A DNA stretch of 32,000 nt from Mycobacterium leprae TN (GCF_000195855.1 NC_002677.1:1350001-1382000), one strand, 5' to 3'. Shown: positions 12,340 through 24,075, numbered from the stretch's first letter. Translations and numbers: made by a program. The notes: generated by a model from the sequence alone, not told the origin.

Positions 12340-13060
12340 TGGCAGCCCCGTGAGGCTGTTCCTCGCTTGTGTCACCGAACTGAAGCTTTTGATTGCCGGC
12401 GATCAATTTGCTTGGCATCGACGAAACGAGGAGCTCGTTGCCCTTTGCTTTTGCCGCAATCCGTGCCGCGAAGAGATCACATTGTGACCAGAGAAATTCT
12501 TTTGCTCGCGGATCAGTTCGCCAGCGTGCAGTCTGATCCGGACATGCAACACCCCGGCTATTGGGACGATCATGACGCTCCGCGAAGTCGTGCCGGAGCG
12601 TGATTGCATAACGGATCGTGCTGCTGGCGCTGTCTAACGTTACGATGAATCCATCTTCCTGCGGATTTGACCTCAAAGCTGCAGTGCGTTGTTAGATGAC
12701 TACGGATGACAGTGTTGTGGCCGTGCAGCAGCTTGAGCCACCGCTCGTTCCCGAGTTACTTGGTGAACACCGTCGGAGCCTTCGATGTTTGAAGAACATG
12801 ATTGTGACCGTTCTGTCGGGCGCCGCTACTGTGTGCAGGTTGGGACGGTTTAGCTCGATGGATTGCGCAACGCTGTCCAATCTCGTCCAGCTGTGCATAG
12901 GCTTCAGTTCTTGGGGGGCTTGATGCTCCTGGCGCAGTTGCATGAGTGGCTCCACTTCGACGCCGTATGCCAATGCGTAGCGCCAGCGCAGGCTCCTGGT
13001 TGATAAGACCCATCGCCTTCTGCCGATCCTCCCTGTTCAGAAGTGCGTTCGTACTCTTAC
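12340..13060 (-). pseudogene. Class III adenylate/guanylate cyclase catalytic domain, pseudogene
   Basis: Minus pieces in different frames: 'APDRTVTIMFF' (about 12830), 'EDGFIVTLDSASSTIRYAITLRHDFAERHD' then 'VLHVRIRLHAGELIREQKNFSGHNV' and 'ARIAAKAKGNELLVSSMPSKLIAGNQKLQFGDTSEE', the order seen in mycobacterial cyclases. Extent of the N-terminal part is approximate. Confidence 0.6.
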
Positions 13061-13939
13061 TCTTAGTAGACTTGCCGGGTCACTAGATCGAGTCGATCTC
13101 GGCCGTTGCGCGCCAGCGGAAGCTTCGAAATGGCGCATGGCATTCTCGTCGCGGCCGGTCACCGCGGCGGCAGCCCATTTGCGTTGAAGTTGAATAAGTG
13201 GATCCTTGCGGCACTTATCGGTGTGCCACGCTAGGACTTCGCGGACTGCGATCCGGCCGGTCTGGCGGGTGCTGTCTCTGGTGGAATTGCAGGAATCCGA
13301 CTACATTGCTATGCGTCACCATGTGATGCCGGCGCGGGTTAGCGTCGCTGCCGATGCCATCCCGCTGCGAATTGTCGTCGTGTGCATCAGGTGTCGACGA
13401 TGTTCGGCACTTGCGGCGTGCTGGAGGCGAGATCGTCGGCGCTGGTACGGCCGGCGATCACCGGGATATCGTCGCCCGCCAACGCGGCTACCGGCAGGCT
13501 GTTTTCGTACGGTACGGTGTACGTTTTGGGCAGCAAGTACTCGTAGACATGGGTGTCTATCGCAGTCGTAACTATGCCTGTGGCGGCAAGGGCTACGATC
13601 ATCGCGCTAATGGTGATGTTGGCCGAACTGGTCAACCGGCAGCCCAGTCGCCTCTAGCTCCTCCAACACCCCCAAGTGGGTGGATCCGCGTGCCACGCCA
13701 CGGTCGAGAACCAGCCCGATCAAGCGACTCGCGATGCGCGCGGCAAGCGGGCGAAGGTTGGCGGTGGCGTTTTCAGGGCGAACCACATGCATCGACTGCC
13801 GCGTGATCACTTCCTCCCACCTGCGGCGGTGTTCACGTTAGGTGTGCGGGTCTGCCAATACCCAGGTAGGTGCCATCCCGCACGTGTCGGTAGCGGAGTT
13901 AACGGTGGTGCTGGGTCGGCAACCACCAACACGGCGCGG

Positions 13940-14580
13940 TCAGCTATGTGCAAGCACAAATCGCGTAAGCTTGCGTTGCCGGCTGTAGCCTGCAGTACCA
14001 TTTTGTCCGCAGCAAGCTCCGCGTTTCCAGCCCTTTGCGGTCGACGCGGCCGGGGCTCAGCGCGTAGCTGCCGCGACCGCGGCGTATTTGTGGGTATGTC
14101 GCGATCCCATTTCGATCAGCGGGCGTTCCCCAGCGGTACTGACCATGGTAAGTAGCCGCAGATGCGATCGCACTGTTGTGGTTGAAGATCGATAGCATCA
14201 GCGTTTCGATCACCACGCATTCGGCGCAGGTTCCGAGCACCGATAGGTACAGGTGACCCGGGAAAGTTAGAGTTCACCTTTTGCGTACCCGTCGATGTCG
14301 CCGCCGAACCGGAAACCGTGTAGATAGTTCAACGTGTCGGGGCCGAGGAATTGGGCCAGCAACTGGCAGGGATCGTTGAACCTCAACTGGGGCAAGGTTT
14401 TTAGCAATCGACCGATTACGGCAATCACCCTGTAACGGCGACTATCCGGGAGTCGGCAGGTGAACACTTCCAATGTGGTTCAGCGGTGAGTGGTGCCGTT
14501 GTGTAATGTCACTTGTCAACATAGTTAATTTGTACCTGTCGGTCAGCAGCTCGTCGAAGACCGAGTTGTTCATTCCGCAA
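13940..14580 (-). pseudogene. pncB: Nicotinate phosphoribosyltransferase PncB, decayed N-terminal portion (Rv1330c-like)
   Basis: Minus fragments '[19 protein letters not shown]' (about 14530-14580), 'EVFTCRLPDSRRY...LAQFLGPDTLNYLHGFRFGGDIDGYAKGEL' (14473..14267), 'AECVVIETLMLSIFNHNSAIASAAT' (14240..13944). The C-terminal half is not recognisable. Confidence 0.88.
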
Positions 14581-14611
14581 CGGTAACGGCTGTCAGCGCA
14601 AGCTCGGTATC

Positions 14612-14938
14612 GTGTGGGTCATGGTTGTTACGTTAGCTCCGATAGAACCGAAGGTGAGGCCGAACACAACCTGGCAACACGAGTCAGCTCCAGTAGACAT
14701 CACGGCCGCTCGATGGGTCACGATTGTGTGGGATGACCCCGTCAACTTGATGGCGTACGTGACGTATGTGTTTCAGAAATTGTTTGGCTACAGCGAGCCT
14801 CATGCCACCAAGCTGATGCTGCAGGTTCACAATGAAGGTAAGGCAGTGGTGTCGATGGGTAGTCGGGAGTCCATGGAGGTCGATGTGTCCAAGCTGCATG
14901 CCGCCGGTTTGTGGGCGACGATGCAGCAGGACCGGTGA
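14612..14938 (+). CDS. clpS: ATP-dependent Clp protease adaptor ClpS
   Basis: '[76 protein letters not shown]', a canonical ClpS core. Start may be a few codons downstream. Confidence 0.95.
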   Translation: MWVMVVTLAPIEPKVRPNTTWQHESAPVDITAARWVTIVWDDPVNLMAYVTYVFQKLFGYSEPHATKLMLQVHNEGKAVVSMGSRESMEVDVSKLHAAGLWATMQQDR

Positions 14939-14963
14939 GGTCCGAAGGTATCCAGGATCGTTC

Positions 14964-15551
14964 GTGCGCAAATGGAAGCGCGTTGAGACTGCCAACGGCC
15001 CCCGTTTTCGGTCCGTCGTGGCGCCGCACGAGGTTGCCCTGCTCAAGCACCTCGTCGGCGCGCTGCTCGGCTTGCTGAACGAGCGTGAATCTTCCTCGCC
15101 TCTAGACGAACTTGAGGTAATAACCGGTATTAAAGCCGGGAATGCGCAGCGCCCGGAGGACCCGACGTTGCGTCGGCTGTTGCCAGATTTCTACACTCCG
15201 GACGACAAGGACCAATTAGACCCCGCGGCTCTCGATGCCGTCGATAGCCTGAACGCCGCGTTGCGCAGTCTGCACGAACCGGAGATTGTGGACGCCAAAC
15301 GCTCTGCTGCACAGCAGTTGTTGGATACGCTTCCGGAAAGTGACGGCCGGCTGGAATTGACTGAAGCAAGTGCGAATGCCTGGATCGCTGCGGTTAACGA
15401 TCTTCGACTGGCACTGGGTGTCATACTCGAGATCGACCGGCCGGCACCCGAACGGGTGCCGGCCGGTCATCCACTATCCGTGCACTTCGACGTCTACCAG
15501 TGGCTGACGGTGTTGCAGGAATACTTGGTTTTGGCGCTGATGGCTACCTGA
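14964..15551 (+). CDS. Conserved hypothetical protein (DUF2017-like, Rv1332-like)
   Basis: GTG at 14964 in frame with the 14832..15551 ORF; protein 'MRKWKRVETANGPRFRSVVAPHEVALLKHLVGALLGLLNERES...DVYQWLTVLQEYLVLALMAT'. Position between clpS and the DmpA-type peptidase matches Rv1332. Confidence 0.85.
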   Translation: MRKWKRVETANGPRFRSVVAPHEVALLKHLVGALLGLLNERESSSPLDELEVITGIKAGNAQRPEDPTLRRLLPDFYTPDDKDQLDPAALDAVDSLNAALRSLHEPEIVDAKRSAAQQLLDTLPESDGRLELTEASANAWIAAVNDLRLALGVILEIDRPAPERVPAGHPLSVHFDVYQWLTVLQEYLVLALMAT

Positions 15552-16639
15552 TGATCTTGATGGCAGCGCCGATGAACTCCATAACCGACATTTCGGGTAT
15601 CCAGGTTGGCCACTACCACAGGCTTGATCCTGATGCGTCCCTTGGTGCGGGTTGGGCGTGTGGTGTGACTGTTGTGCTGACACCGCCTGGGACGGTTGGC
15701 GCGGTCGATTGCCGGGGTGGGGTGCCAGGCACCCGGGAGACCGATTTGCTTGATCCAGCCAACAGTGTGCGGTTCGTTGATGCGGTGTTGCTCGCCGGCG
15801 GTAGCGCCTACGGTCTGGCAGCCGCCGATGGCGTCATGCGCTGGCTGGAGGAACACGAGCGCGGCGTGGTGATGCTCGGCGGAGTGGTGCCCATCGTGCC
15901 GGGTGCGGTGATTTTCGATTTGTCAGTCGGTGACTTTCATTGCCGACCGACAGCGGAATTCGGCTATTTGGCTTGTCAAGCCGCTTACGATGCCGCTGTT
16001 GGTGGTCAAGATGCCACCGTGGCTGTCGGGACGGTGGGTGCCGGGGTGGGGGCCCGCGCTGGCGTGCTTAAGGGTGGTGTCGGCACCGCGTCGATCACAC
16101 TGGAGTCGGGGCCGACGGTGGGCGCGGTGGTCGTGGTGAACTCCGTGGGCGATGTCGTCGACCGCGCCACTGGTCTGCCCTGGATGACAGATCTGATCGA
16201 CGAGTTCGCTCTGCGACCACCCTCGCCCGAGCAGATCGCCGGGTTTGCACAGCTAAAGTCCCCGTTGAGCGCGCTGAACACGACGATCGGCGTGGTAGCG
16301 ACCGATGCCACGCTGAGCCCGGCGGCGTGCCAGCGTGTCGCAATGGCCGCTCAGGACGGCCTGGCCCGAACTATCCGTCCAGCGCACACTGCGCTGGACG
16401 GTGACACGGTGTTCGCACTGGCCACCGGAGCGGTCGAAGCCACAGCGACGGCTGATGTACCCGTCGCGATGTCGCCGGAGACGGGCCTGATCACTGAGGT
16501 CGGTGCGGCTGCGGACGACTGTTTGGCTCGTGCAGTGCTGGTTGCGGTGCTGGCTGCCGAGTCGGTCGCTGGAATACCGACTTACTGCGGCATGTTTCCT
16601 GGAGCGTTCGGGACCACAATCGGAGGGGGCAACCGTTGA
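15551..16639 (+). CDS. P1/DmpA (S58) family aminopeptidase-like protein (Rv1333-like)
   Basis: 'SITDISGIQVGHYHRLDPDASLGAGWACGVTVVLTPPGTVGAVDCRGGVPGTRETDLLDP...GGSAYGLAAADGVMRWLEE...DRATGLPW...AGIPTYCGMFPGAFGTTIGGGNR'. The ORF track opens at 15500; start likely 15551-15572. Confidence 0.88.
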   Translation: MILMAAPMNSITDISGIQVGHYHRLDPDASLGAGWACGVTVVLTPPGTVGAVDCRGGVPGTRETDLLDPANSVRFVDAVLLAGGSAYGLAAADGVMRWLEEHERGVVMLGGVVPIVPGAVIFDLSVGDFHCRPTAEFGYLACQAAYDAAVGGQDATVAVGTVGAGVGARAGVLKGGVGTASITLESGPTVGAVVVVNSVGDVVDRATGLPWMTDLIDEFALRPPSPEQIAGFAQLKSPLSALNTTIGVVATDATLSPAACQRVAMAAQDGLARTIRPAHTALDGDTVFALATGAVEATATADVPVAMSPETGLITEVGAAADDCLARAVLVAVLAAESVAGIPTYCGMFPGAFGTTIGGGNR

Positions 16640-16985
16640 CGTGGTGGTGATTCGTGCTGACTGGTGGAGGCGATAGTGTCCCACGCACGTCGCGACCACC
16701 CTGACGAAGCGTGTGGGGTGCTGGTCGGTCTCGAGGGTTTCGATCGCCCCCAAGCGCCACATCTCAATGGTCAACGCTGAGCGGTCGTCGACGTTCTACT
16801 GATTCGATGCGCAAAAGCAGCTCCACGTGTGGCGGTCGATAGAGGACACAGGTAAGGCTGCCGTCGTCATCTATACACTCACATATCGAGATCTAGCGGG
16901 TATGCCAGCCGTACGAATGTCAACCTAGCCGCTGGCCGGGACGTAAATTGTGTAGTTTTTAATTGTCTACCCGCGACCCAGACAG
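16639..16985 (+). pseudogene. mec: Mec (CysO-cysteine peptidase, JAMM), pseudogene (Rv1334-like)
   Basis: Translation across stops: 'VVVIRADW..', '..RHISMVNAERSSTFY*FDAQKQLHVWRSIEDTGKAAVVIYTLTYRDLAGMPAVRMST', resembling the Mec core 'RHIPMTNAERSPTFYRLDSGEQLKVWRAM..ADEVPVVIYHSHT'. Extent approximate. Confidence 0.8.
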
Positions 16986-17102
16986 TCACGAGCTGCCTAG
17001 GTTCTAGTACCGCCGTCGTCATCGAGGGATCCATCATTATAACGTACGAACAGTACTGAATACCCCCCGAAAAGGTTCTCCACGATTCCGAGAAAGGCTC
17101 AC

Positions 17103-17395
17103 ATGAGCGTCACTGGAGTTTTACACTCTAACCCCGATTAGCCTGCGACCCCACATCGGTGTCCAGAAGCGCGTATCTGCCAGCGGCGACACACTAGGGT
17201 GGTCATTATTTAGTGGCCTAGAGTACAACTACTCGAGTATCGCCAAGCTCCTGGTTGATAACGGGAAGTTACAGCTGCTTCGTGAACATCTATGTCAACG
17301 ACGAGGACGTGCGGTTTTCCGGCAACTTACGCACTGCGTTAGTCTACGGGTGATTCGGTCACCATCTTGCTTGCTGTGGCAGGTGGGTGAGCTGG
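17103..17395 (+). pseudogene. cysO: Sulfur carrier protein CysO, pseudogene (Rv1335-like)
   Basis: 'CFVNIYVNDEDVRFSGNLRTALVYG*' (about 17280-17350) matches the CysO C-terminal half. The upstream part is frameshifted. Confidence 0.82.
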
Positions 17396-17410
17396 AGTAT
17401 ACGAAGCGTA

Positions 17411-18443
<1,033 letters not shown>

Positions 18444-18452
18444 TGACGCTCA

Positions 18453-19208
18453 ATGACCCCAACCGGCGACTGGTATAAAGGAGGTGATGAGGTGGGGGCA
18501 CCATCCGCTTGCGGGGGAGGATCGGCGCTCATGACCCTGCCGGAGAAAAACCTGGGCTATAAACCGGAGACCGAGACAAACAGGCGTCTGCGGTGGATGG
18601 TGGGTGGGGTCACGATCCTCACCTTTATGGCGTTGCTTTACCTCGTCGAGTTGATTGATCAACTGACGCGGCATTCCCTGGATAACAATGGGATTAGGCT
18701 GTTGAAAACTGACGTCCTGTGGGGGATCAGCTTCGCGCCTGTGCTGCATGCCAACTGGCAACATCTCGTGGCCAATACGATCCCGCTCCTGGTACTGGGG
18801 TTTCTGATAGCACTAGCCGGATTGTCCCGGTTCATTTGGGTCACCGCGATGGTATGGATCTTTGGCGGCTCTGCCACCTGGCTTATCGGCAATATGGGCA
18901 GCAGCTTCGGCCCGACCGACCACATCGGTGTCTCCGGTCTGATCTTCGGCTGGCTGGCTTTCTTGCTGGTGTTCGGGCTGTTCGTCCGCAGGGGGTGGGA
19001 CATCATCGGGTGCATGGTCTTATTCGCATACGGCGGTGTGCTGTTGGGCGTCATGCCGGTGCTCGGCAGATGCGGTGGTGTGTCGTGGCAGGGTCATTTG
19101 TGTGGCGCGATCTCAGGTGTCGTGGCCGCATATCTGTTGTCCGCGCCGGAACGTAAGACCCGCGCGCTCAAAGAAGCCGGCACCGATTCGCCGCGTCTGA
19201 AGACATGA
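18453..19208 (+). CDS. Rhomboid-family intramembrane serine protease (Rv1337-like)
   Basis: 251 aa polytopic ORF; '[23 protein letters not shown]', '[17 protein letters not shown]' (GxSG), '[19 protein letters not shown]' (distal His). Confidence 0.92.
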
Positions 19209-20023
19209 GCTCGCCGCTGTTGCCCGTTGGGGTCTTTGACTCCGGCGTCGGCGGCTTGACAGTCGCGCGGGCGATCATCGACCAGCTGCCTGACGAGGAT
19301 ATTGTGTATGTGGGTGACACCGGCAACGGCCCGTACGGACCGCTCTCTATCCCTGAGATTCGTGCGCACGCGTTGGCTATCTGTGACGACCTAGTAGGCC
19401 GCGGCGTAAAGATACTGGTGATTGCATGCAACACGGCGTCTGCAGCGTGCCTGCGAGACGCTCGTGAGCGCTACGATGTGCCCGTAGTCGAGGTCATTTT
19501 GCCGGCAGTGCGCCGCGCGGTTGCCGCCACCCGCAACGGCCGCATTGGGGTCATCGGCACCCGGGCCACCATAGCCTCGCACGCGTACCAAGATGCGTTT
19601 GCTGCTGCCCGCGACACCGAGATCACCGCGGTGGCGTGCCCACGCTTTGTCGACTTCGTCGAGTGCGGTGTGACCAGCGGTCGTCAGGTGCTCGGACTGG
19701 CTGAAGGGTATCTGGAGCCGCTGCAGCGTTCCGGGGTTGACACGCTGGTGTTGGGTTGCACACACTACCCACTGCTGGCTGGACTGATTCAACTGGCGAT
19801 GGGAGAAAACGTCACGCTGGTCTCCAGCGCCGAGGAGACCGCCAAGGAAGTGCTGCGGGTGCTTACCGAAAGAGACCTGTTGCGTCGACATGACGCGCCG
19901 CCCGTTAACCGGGTTTTCGAAGCTACCGGTGACCCCGAAGCGTTCATTCAGTTGGCTGCGCGATTTCTCGGTCCAGCGGTGAGTGGTGTTCAACCTGCGC
20001 GACTTCATTCTCGTGTCCGTTAG
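19205..20023 (+). CDS. murI: Glutamate racemase MurI
   Basis: '[41 protein letters not shown]...[28 protein letters not shown]...[16 protein letters not shown]'. Both catalytic Cys motifs present. Confidence 0.97.
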
Positions 20024-20101
20024 ATGAGTGCAAGAGATTCTGATCACCTTAATGGGCAATGTTTTCCTCATCCTGGTATCGGGCATGGCACAGTAGTGAC
20101 C

Positions 20102-20878
20102 GTGCGCATAACCGTGCTCGGCTGCTCCGGCAGTGTCGTGGGGCCGGATTCGCCTGCGTCGGGTTATCTGCTACGAGCCCCGGACACCCCGCCGCTGGTT
20201 CTTGACTTCGGTGGGGGAGTGCTCGGTGCGCTGCAGCGACACGCGGATCCTGGCTCGGTGCATGTGCTGTTGTCACATCTGCACGCTGACCACTGCTTGG
20301 ACATGCCCGGACTGTTCGTGTGGCGTCGCTATCATCCGACACGCCCGGTGGGCAAGGCGCTGCTATATGGCCCGGACGATACCTGGTTGCGGTTGGGGGC
20401 GGCGTCGTCACCGTACGGCGGCGAGATCGACGATTGCTCTGATATCTTCGATGTTCGCCATTGGGTCGACGGTGAACCGGTGCCCCTGGGAGCGCTGATG
20501 ATAATGCCGCGGCTGGTGGCTCATCCAACGGAATCCTACGGCTTGCGTATCACCGATCCCAGCGGTGCGTCGTTGGTCTACAGCGGTGACACTGGTAGCT
20601 GCGACCAACTTGTCGAACTGGCTCGGGGTGCGGATGTCTTCCTCTGCGAAGCATCCTGGACACACTCGCCGGACAGACCGCCGAATCTGCATCTGTCGGG
20701 CACCGAGGCTGGCAGGGCGGCGGCACAAGCAAGTGTCCGTGAGCTGTTGCTAACGCATATCCCGCCTTGGACGTCACGTGAGGACGTTATTAGTGAGGCC
20801 AAAGCGGAATTCGATGGTCCGGTGCACGCGGTGGTGTCCGGTGAGACCTTCGATATCCAAGCTCCCGAACGAGTCTGA
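20102..20878 (+). CDS. Metallo-beta-lactamase fold protein (Rv1339-like, putative cyclic nucleotide phosphodiesterase)
   Basis: 'VRITVLGCSGSVVGPDSPASGYLL...VHVLLSHLHADHCLDMPGLFVWRRY...LVYSGDTGSCDQLVELARGADVFLCEASW...LLLTHIPPW'. HxHxDH motif present. The ORF track starts at 20024; GTG at 20102 is a likelier start. Confidence 0.9.
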   Translation: MRITVLGCSGSVVGPDSPASGYLLRAPDTPPLVLDFGGGVLGALQRHADPGSVHVLLSHLHADHCLDMPGLFVWRRYHPTRPVGKALLYGPDDTWLRLGAASSPYGGEIDDCSDIFDVRHWVDGEPVPLGALMIMPRLVAHPTESYGLRITDPSGASLVYSGDTGSCDQLVELARGADVFLCEASWTHSPDRPPNLHLSGTEAGRAAAQASVRELLLTHIPPWTSREDVISEAKAEFDGPVHAVVSGETFDIQAPERV

Positions 20879-20967
20879 GCTGGCTTACGGCTTGTCGCAG
20901 GTTGCTTGCCTGCTTCTTGCGCGGACGCCGTGAAGGCGCGCCACCCTCGGCGGGCTAGGGTTGCTGC

Positions 20968-21747
20968 GTGTCCACACGAGCAGACGGTCGTCTTGATGAC
21001 GAACTTCGCGCGGTGGTCATCACTCGCGGGTTCACCGAACATCCGGCGGGTTCGGTGCTTATCGAATTCGGTCACACAAAAGTCATGTGCACCGCTAGTC
21101 CCACCGAGGGAGTGCCGCGCTGGCGGAAGGGATCGGGTAAGGGGTGGCTCACCGCCGAGTACGCGATGCTGCCGTCGGCCACCCATACTCGTTCGGAACG
21201 CGAATCGGTGAAAGGTCGGCTCAGCGGGCGCACACAGGAGATCAGCCGGCTGATCGGGCGGTCATTGCGGGCGTGCATCGATCTGGCGGCGCTCGGGGAG
21301 AACACCATCGCCGTCGACTGCGACGTGTTGCAAGCCGACGGTGGTACTCGCACTGCGGCTGTCACCGGCGCCTACGTGGCGTTGGCCGACGCGGTGACTT
21401 ACCTGTCGGCTGCAGGCAGGTTATTAGATCCCAGGCCGTTATCGTGTGCCATCGCTGCGGTCAGCGTTGGCGTGGTCGACGGCAGGATTCGGGTAGACCT
21501 GTCCTACGAGGAAGACTCGCGGGCCGAGGTCGACATGAACGTCATCGCGACCGACACCGGGACGCTGGTGGAGATTCAGGGGACTGGTGAGGGCGCCACG
21601 TTCCCGCGTTCGACGCTGGACAAGCTTCTTGATATGGCACTGGGTGCTTGCGACAAGTTATTCGTTGCACAGCGCGATGCGTTGGCGCTGCCGTATCAGG
21701 GTATGTCCCCTGAGGGACCGCCACCGCCGAAGGCGTTCGGCAGCTGA
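20968..21747 (+). CDS. rph: Ribonuclease PH
   Basis: '[41 protein letters not shown]...[79 protein letters not shown]'. Confidence 0.97.
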   Translation: MSTRADGRLDDELRAVVITRGFTEHPAGSVLIEFGHTKVMCTASPTEGVPRWRKGSGKGWLTAEYAMLPSATHTRSERESVKGRLSGRTQEISRLIGRSLRACIDLAALGENTIAVDCDVLQADGGTRTAAVTGAYVALADAVTYLSAAGRLLDPRPLSCAIAAVSVGVVDGRIRVDLSYEEDSRAEVDMNVIATDTGTLVEIQGTGEGATFPRSTLDKLLDMALGACDKLFVAQRDALALPYQGMSPEGPPPPKAFGS

Positions 21748-21826
21748 GTGTGCCGGCGACGATGCAGAGCGGAGTGATGATGTGGGGGTATCTCCCAGCC
21801 GTGAAGCGGCGAGAGGGGTGGCGCTT

Positions 21827-22444
21827 GTGACCAAGCTATTGGTCGCTAGCCGTAACTGGAAGAAGCTGGCAGAATTGCGCCGTGTGCTCGACAATGCCGG
21901 GTTGTCGGGGTTGACGCTGGTATCGCTGAACGACGTGGTGCCGTTCGATGAGGCCCCGGAAGCCGGCGCCACTTTCGAGGACAACGCGTTGGCCAAGGCA
22001 CGCGATGCGTTTGCAGCCACGGGTTTGGCGAGTGTGGCCGACGACTCGGGTTTGGAGGCGGCTGCGCTGGGTGGCATGCCAGGGGTGCTGTCAGCGCGTT
22101 GGTCGGGTAGTTACGGCGACGACGCCGGCAACACCGCGCTATTGCTGGCTCAATTGTGTGATGTGCCTGACGAGCGGCGCAGCGCGGCATTCGTGTCGGC
22201 CTGTGCGCTGGTCTCGGAGTCCGACGAAGTCGTCGTCCGAGGGGTGTGGCCGGGCACGATTGCCAGGGAGCCGCGCGGTTACGGTGGGTTTGGCTATGAT
22301 TCGATCTTCATTCCTGACGGTCCTGGCCTGGGAGGCCGCACAGTGGCTCAATTAAGGCCGGCGGAAAAGGATGCGTTCTCGCATCGCTTCCGTGCGTTAA
22401 CGTTGCTGATGCCTGCGCTGCGTGTTCTTGCCATGCGAACGTGA
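21827..22444 (+). CDS. rdgB: dITP/XTP pyrophosphatase (RdgB/HAM1 family, Rv1341-like)
   Basis: In-frame GTG at 21827 inside the 21587..22444 ORF gives 'VTKLLVASRNWKKLAELRRVLDNAGL...FEDNALAKARDAFAATGLASVADDSGLEAAALGGMPGVLSARWSG...GYDSIFIPDG...EKDAFSHRFRAL'. Confidence 0.94.
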   Translation: MTKLLVASRNWKKLAELRRVLDNAGLSGLTLVSLNDVVPFDEAPEAGATFEDNALAKARDAFAATGLASVADDSGLEAAALGGMPGVLSARWSGSYGDDAGNTALLLAQLCDVPDERRSAAFVSACALVSESDEVVVRGVWPGTIAREPRGYGGFGYDSIFIPDGPGLGGRTVAQLRPAEKDAFSHRFRALTLLMPALRVLAMRT

Positions 22445-22484
22445 AGCTGGCCGCGATGCGAGAACGAGTGTGCGGCCAGGCGCT

Positions 22485-22844
22485 TCACGTTCGACTGTGT
22501 CTAAGCCCGAAGCGCGTCTTGACGTCTTTGGTTTGGAAGTGCTCGACGATGATGCCCAGCAGCGGGACGGTGCCGGCCAGCAGCACACCGACCGTTTTGC
22601 CGATCGGCCATCTGACCTTGATGGCGAGGTTGAACGCGGTCAACACGTAGACGAAATACACCCAGCCGTGCACCACTTCGATCCACCGGATTTCGTGGTG
22701 GAAGACGAGGTGCGAGACGATCTCGTAGCACAGTGCGATGAGCCAGATCCCCGTTGTCCACGCCATGATTCGGTAGCCGAGTAGCGCGGTGCGGCTCTTC
22801 TCAAAATCAAAGTCGGGTGCTTGGGGTGTCTCGGGTCTGGTCAT
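22485..22844 (-). CDS. Small integral membrane protein (DUF3817-like, Rv1342c-like)
   Basis: 'FDFEKSRTALLGYRIMAWTTGIWLIALCYEIVSHLVFHHEIRWIEVVHGWVYFVYVLTAFNLAIKVRWPIGKTVGVLLAGTVPLLGIIVEHFQTKDVKTRF'; three or four TM segments. Confidence 0.88.
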   Translation of the reverse strand: MTRPETPQAPDFDFEKSRTALLGYRIMAWTTGIWLIALCYEIVSHLVFHHEIRWIEVVHGWVYFVYVLTAFNLAIKVRWPIGKTVGVLLAGTVPLLGIIVEHFQTKDVKTRFGLRHSRT

Positions 22845-23221
22845 GTGGTGGTCCTGTTATGGTTTTCGGCGTCTTGCTTTGCCAGCTCGGCCAGGTAGGT
22901 GTTGTACTTCCGGAGGGCGGGGTCATCGGGTGGCTGCTGCTCGGGCTTGGGGCGAGCGGGCAGCAGTTCGGGTGGAATTTCGGCTATGCAGTTCATGTGC
23001 CGTGGCTGTGGGGGTGACTCTTCGTAGCGCACGAAGTTGTGGTATGTGTAAAGGCAGAATCCGGCGAACAGCGGCCACTGTAAAGCGTAGCCCAGATTCT
23101 GGAAAGTTCCCGAGGCTGACTGAAACCTGGTCCACTGCCACCAGCCCAGGGCCAGGCAGCCACAGGCCGCAATGGTCACCAAAGCAACTAGTGCGGGCCT
23201 CCGACGACGTGTAGTGGACAC
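22841..23221 (-). CDS. lprD: LprD-like membrane/lipoprotein (Rv1343c-like)
   Basis: 'RRRPALVALVTIAACGCLALGWWQWTRFQSASGTFQNLGYALQWPLFAGFCLYTYHNFVRYEESP'. 4-bp overlap with the downstream gene (22841-22844), consistent with translational coupling. Confidence 0.85.
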   Translation of the reverse strand: MSTTRRRRPALVALVTIAACGCLALGWWQWTRFQSASGTFQNLGYALQWPLFAGFCLYTYHNFVRYEESPPQPRHMNCIAEIPPELLPARPKPEQQPPDDPALRKYNTYLAELAKQDAENHNRTTT

Positions 23222-24075
23222 CCCTTGACGGTACGCTCACGATTTGGACCCGGTGAATTGATCGCGGCGCGCCACTGCGGTCTTGCGGTAGATGGCGACG
23301 GCATACTTGTCCGGCCGAGTCCACCGTATTCTTAAGGTTATCGAGTGCTGCGCAGAGCAGTCCACTGATATCGTAGGATTGGTTTGATGATGTGGTATTG
23401 CCTGCGTCGGACACCATGATTATTGGCGATAACACGGTACCGGTTGCTATCGATTTAAGTCGCGAATGAGTTCTTCCGTTGCTTGTGTGGCGATTAGTTC
23501 TTGCCAGAGCTCCAAACCGAATCGATCTCAAATAGTTTCTTGCCGGGACTATGCTGAGGCAGCAAACAGGGTCACTAGTTTTAATAGAGTGAAACCTCGA
23601 TGCAATCGTCGGAACGACGTAGCATCTTCGTTCGCTGTCCCGGTGTCAGGAGGTCGATCGCCTGGCAGCAGCGGTCGATGATCCCGGGTATTTTCGTCAA
23701 GAGCGATCCTGAGCCGCTAGACACGGCCGCTCCATGAGGTGCAGTCATAGCTGAAATTAGGTGCCGAGGAGATAACAATACGTCGTTAATTGGGAGGGCG
23801 TTGAAGTATATGGTCAATACCGCATGGTGACGATGCGCTCGGGCGCGTTGGTCGAATTGGTCTGGGATCCCACCAGATCCAAACAGTCTTTCGGAGTATG
23901 TTGGTCCGTCGGGCTATCGCGCAGTCGTTGAAGCCGTTGGCGACGGGTAGCGGAACGGCTTCGAATTATTGTGCCGATCGCATCTGTGTGTTCCTTGCAC
24001 CGACCATAATGAACCCAAGGTGGGAGGGCTGTCTACGGGTTCGTCGGTGAGCGGACCGGTACCATTGGCAGGCTC

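Noticed and set aside
14832-14963. Upstream extension of the DUF2017-like ORF starting at 14832
   Set aside because: It overlaps clpS and gives an implausible N-terminus; GTG at 14964 fits the family start.
19391-20086. 231 aa minus ORF opposite murI
   Set aside because: Antisense to a strongly conserved gene, with no recognisable domain.
21587-21826. N-terminal extension of the rdgB-type ORF
   Set aside because: The extension is out-of-frame reading of rph and of the short spacer. The family start is 'VTKLLVASRN' at 21827.
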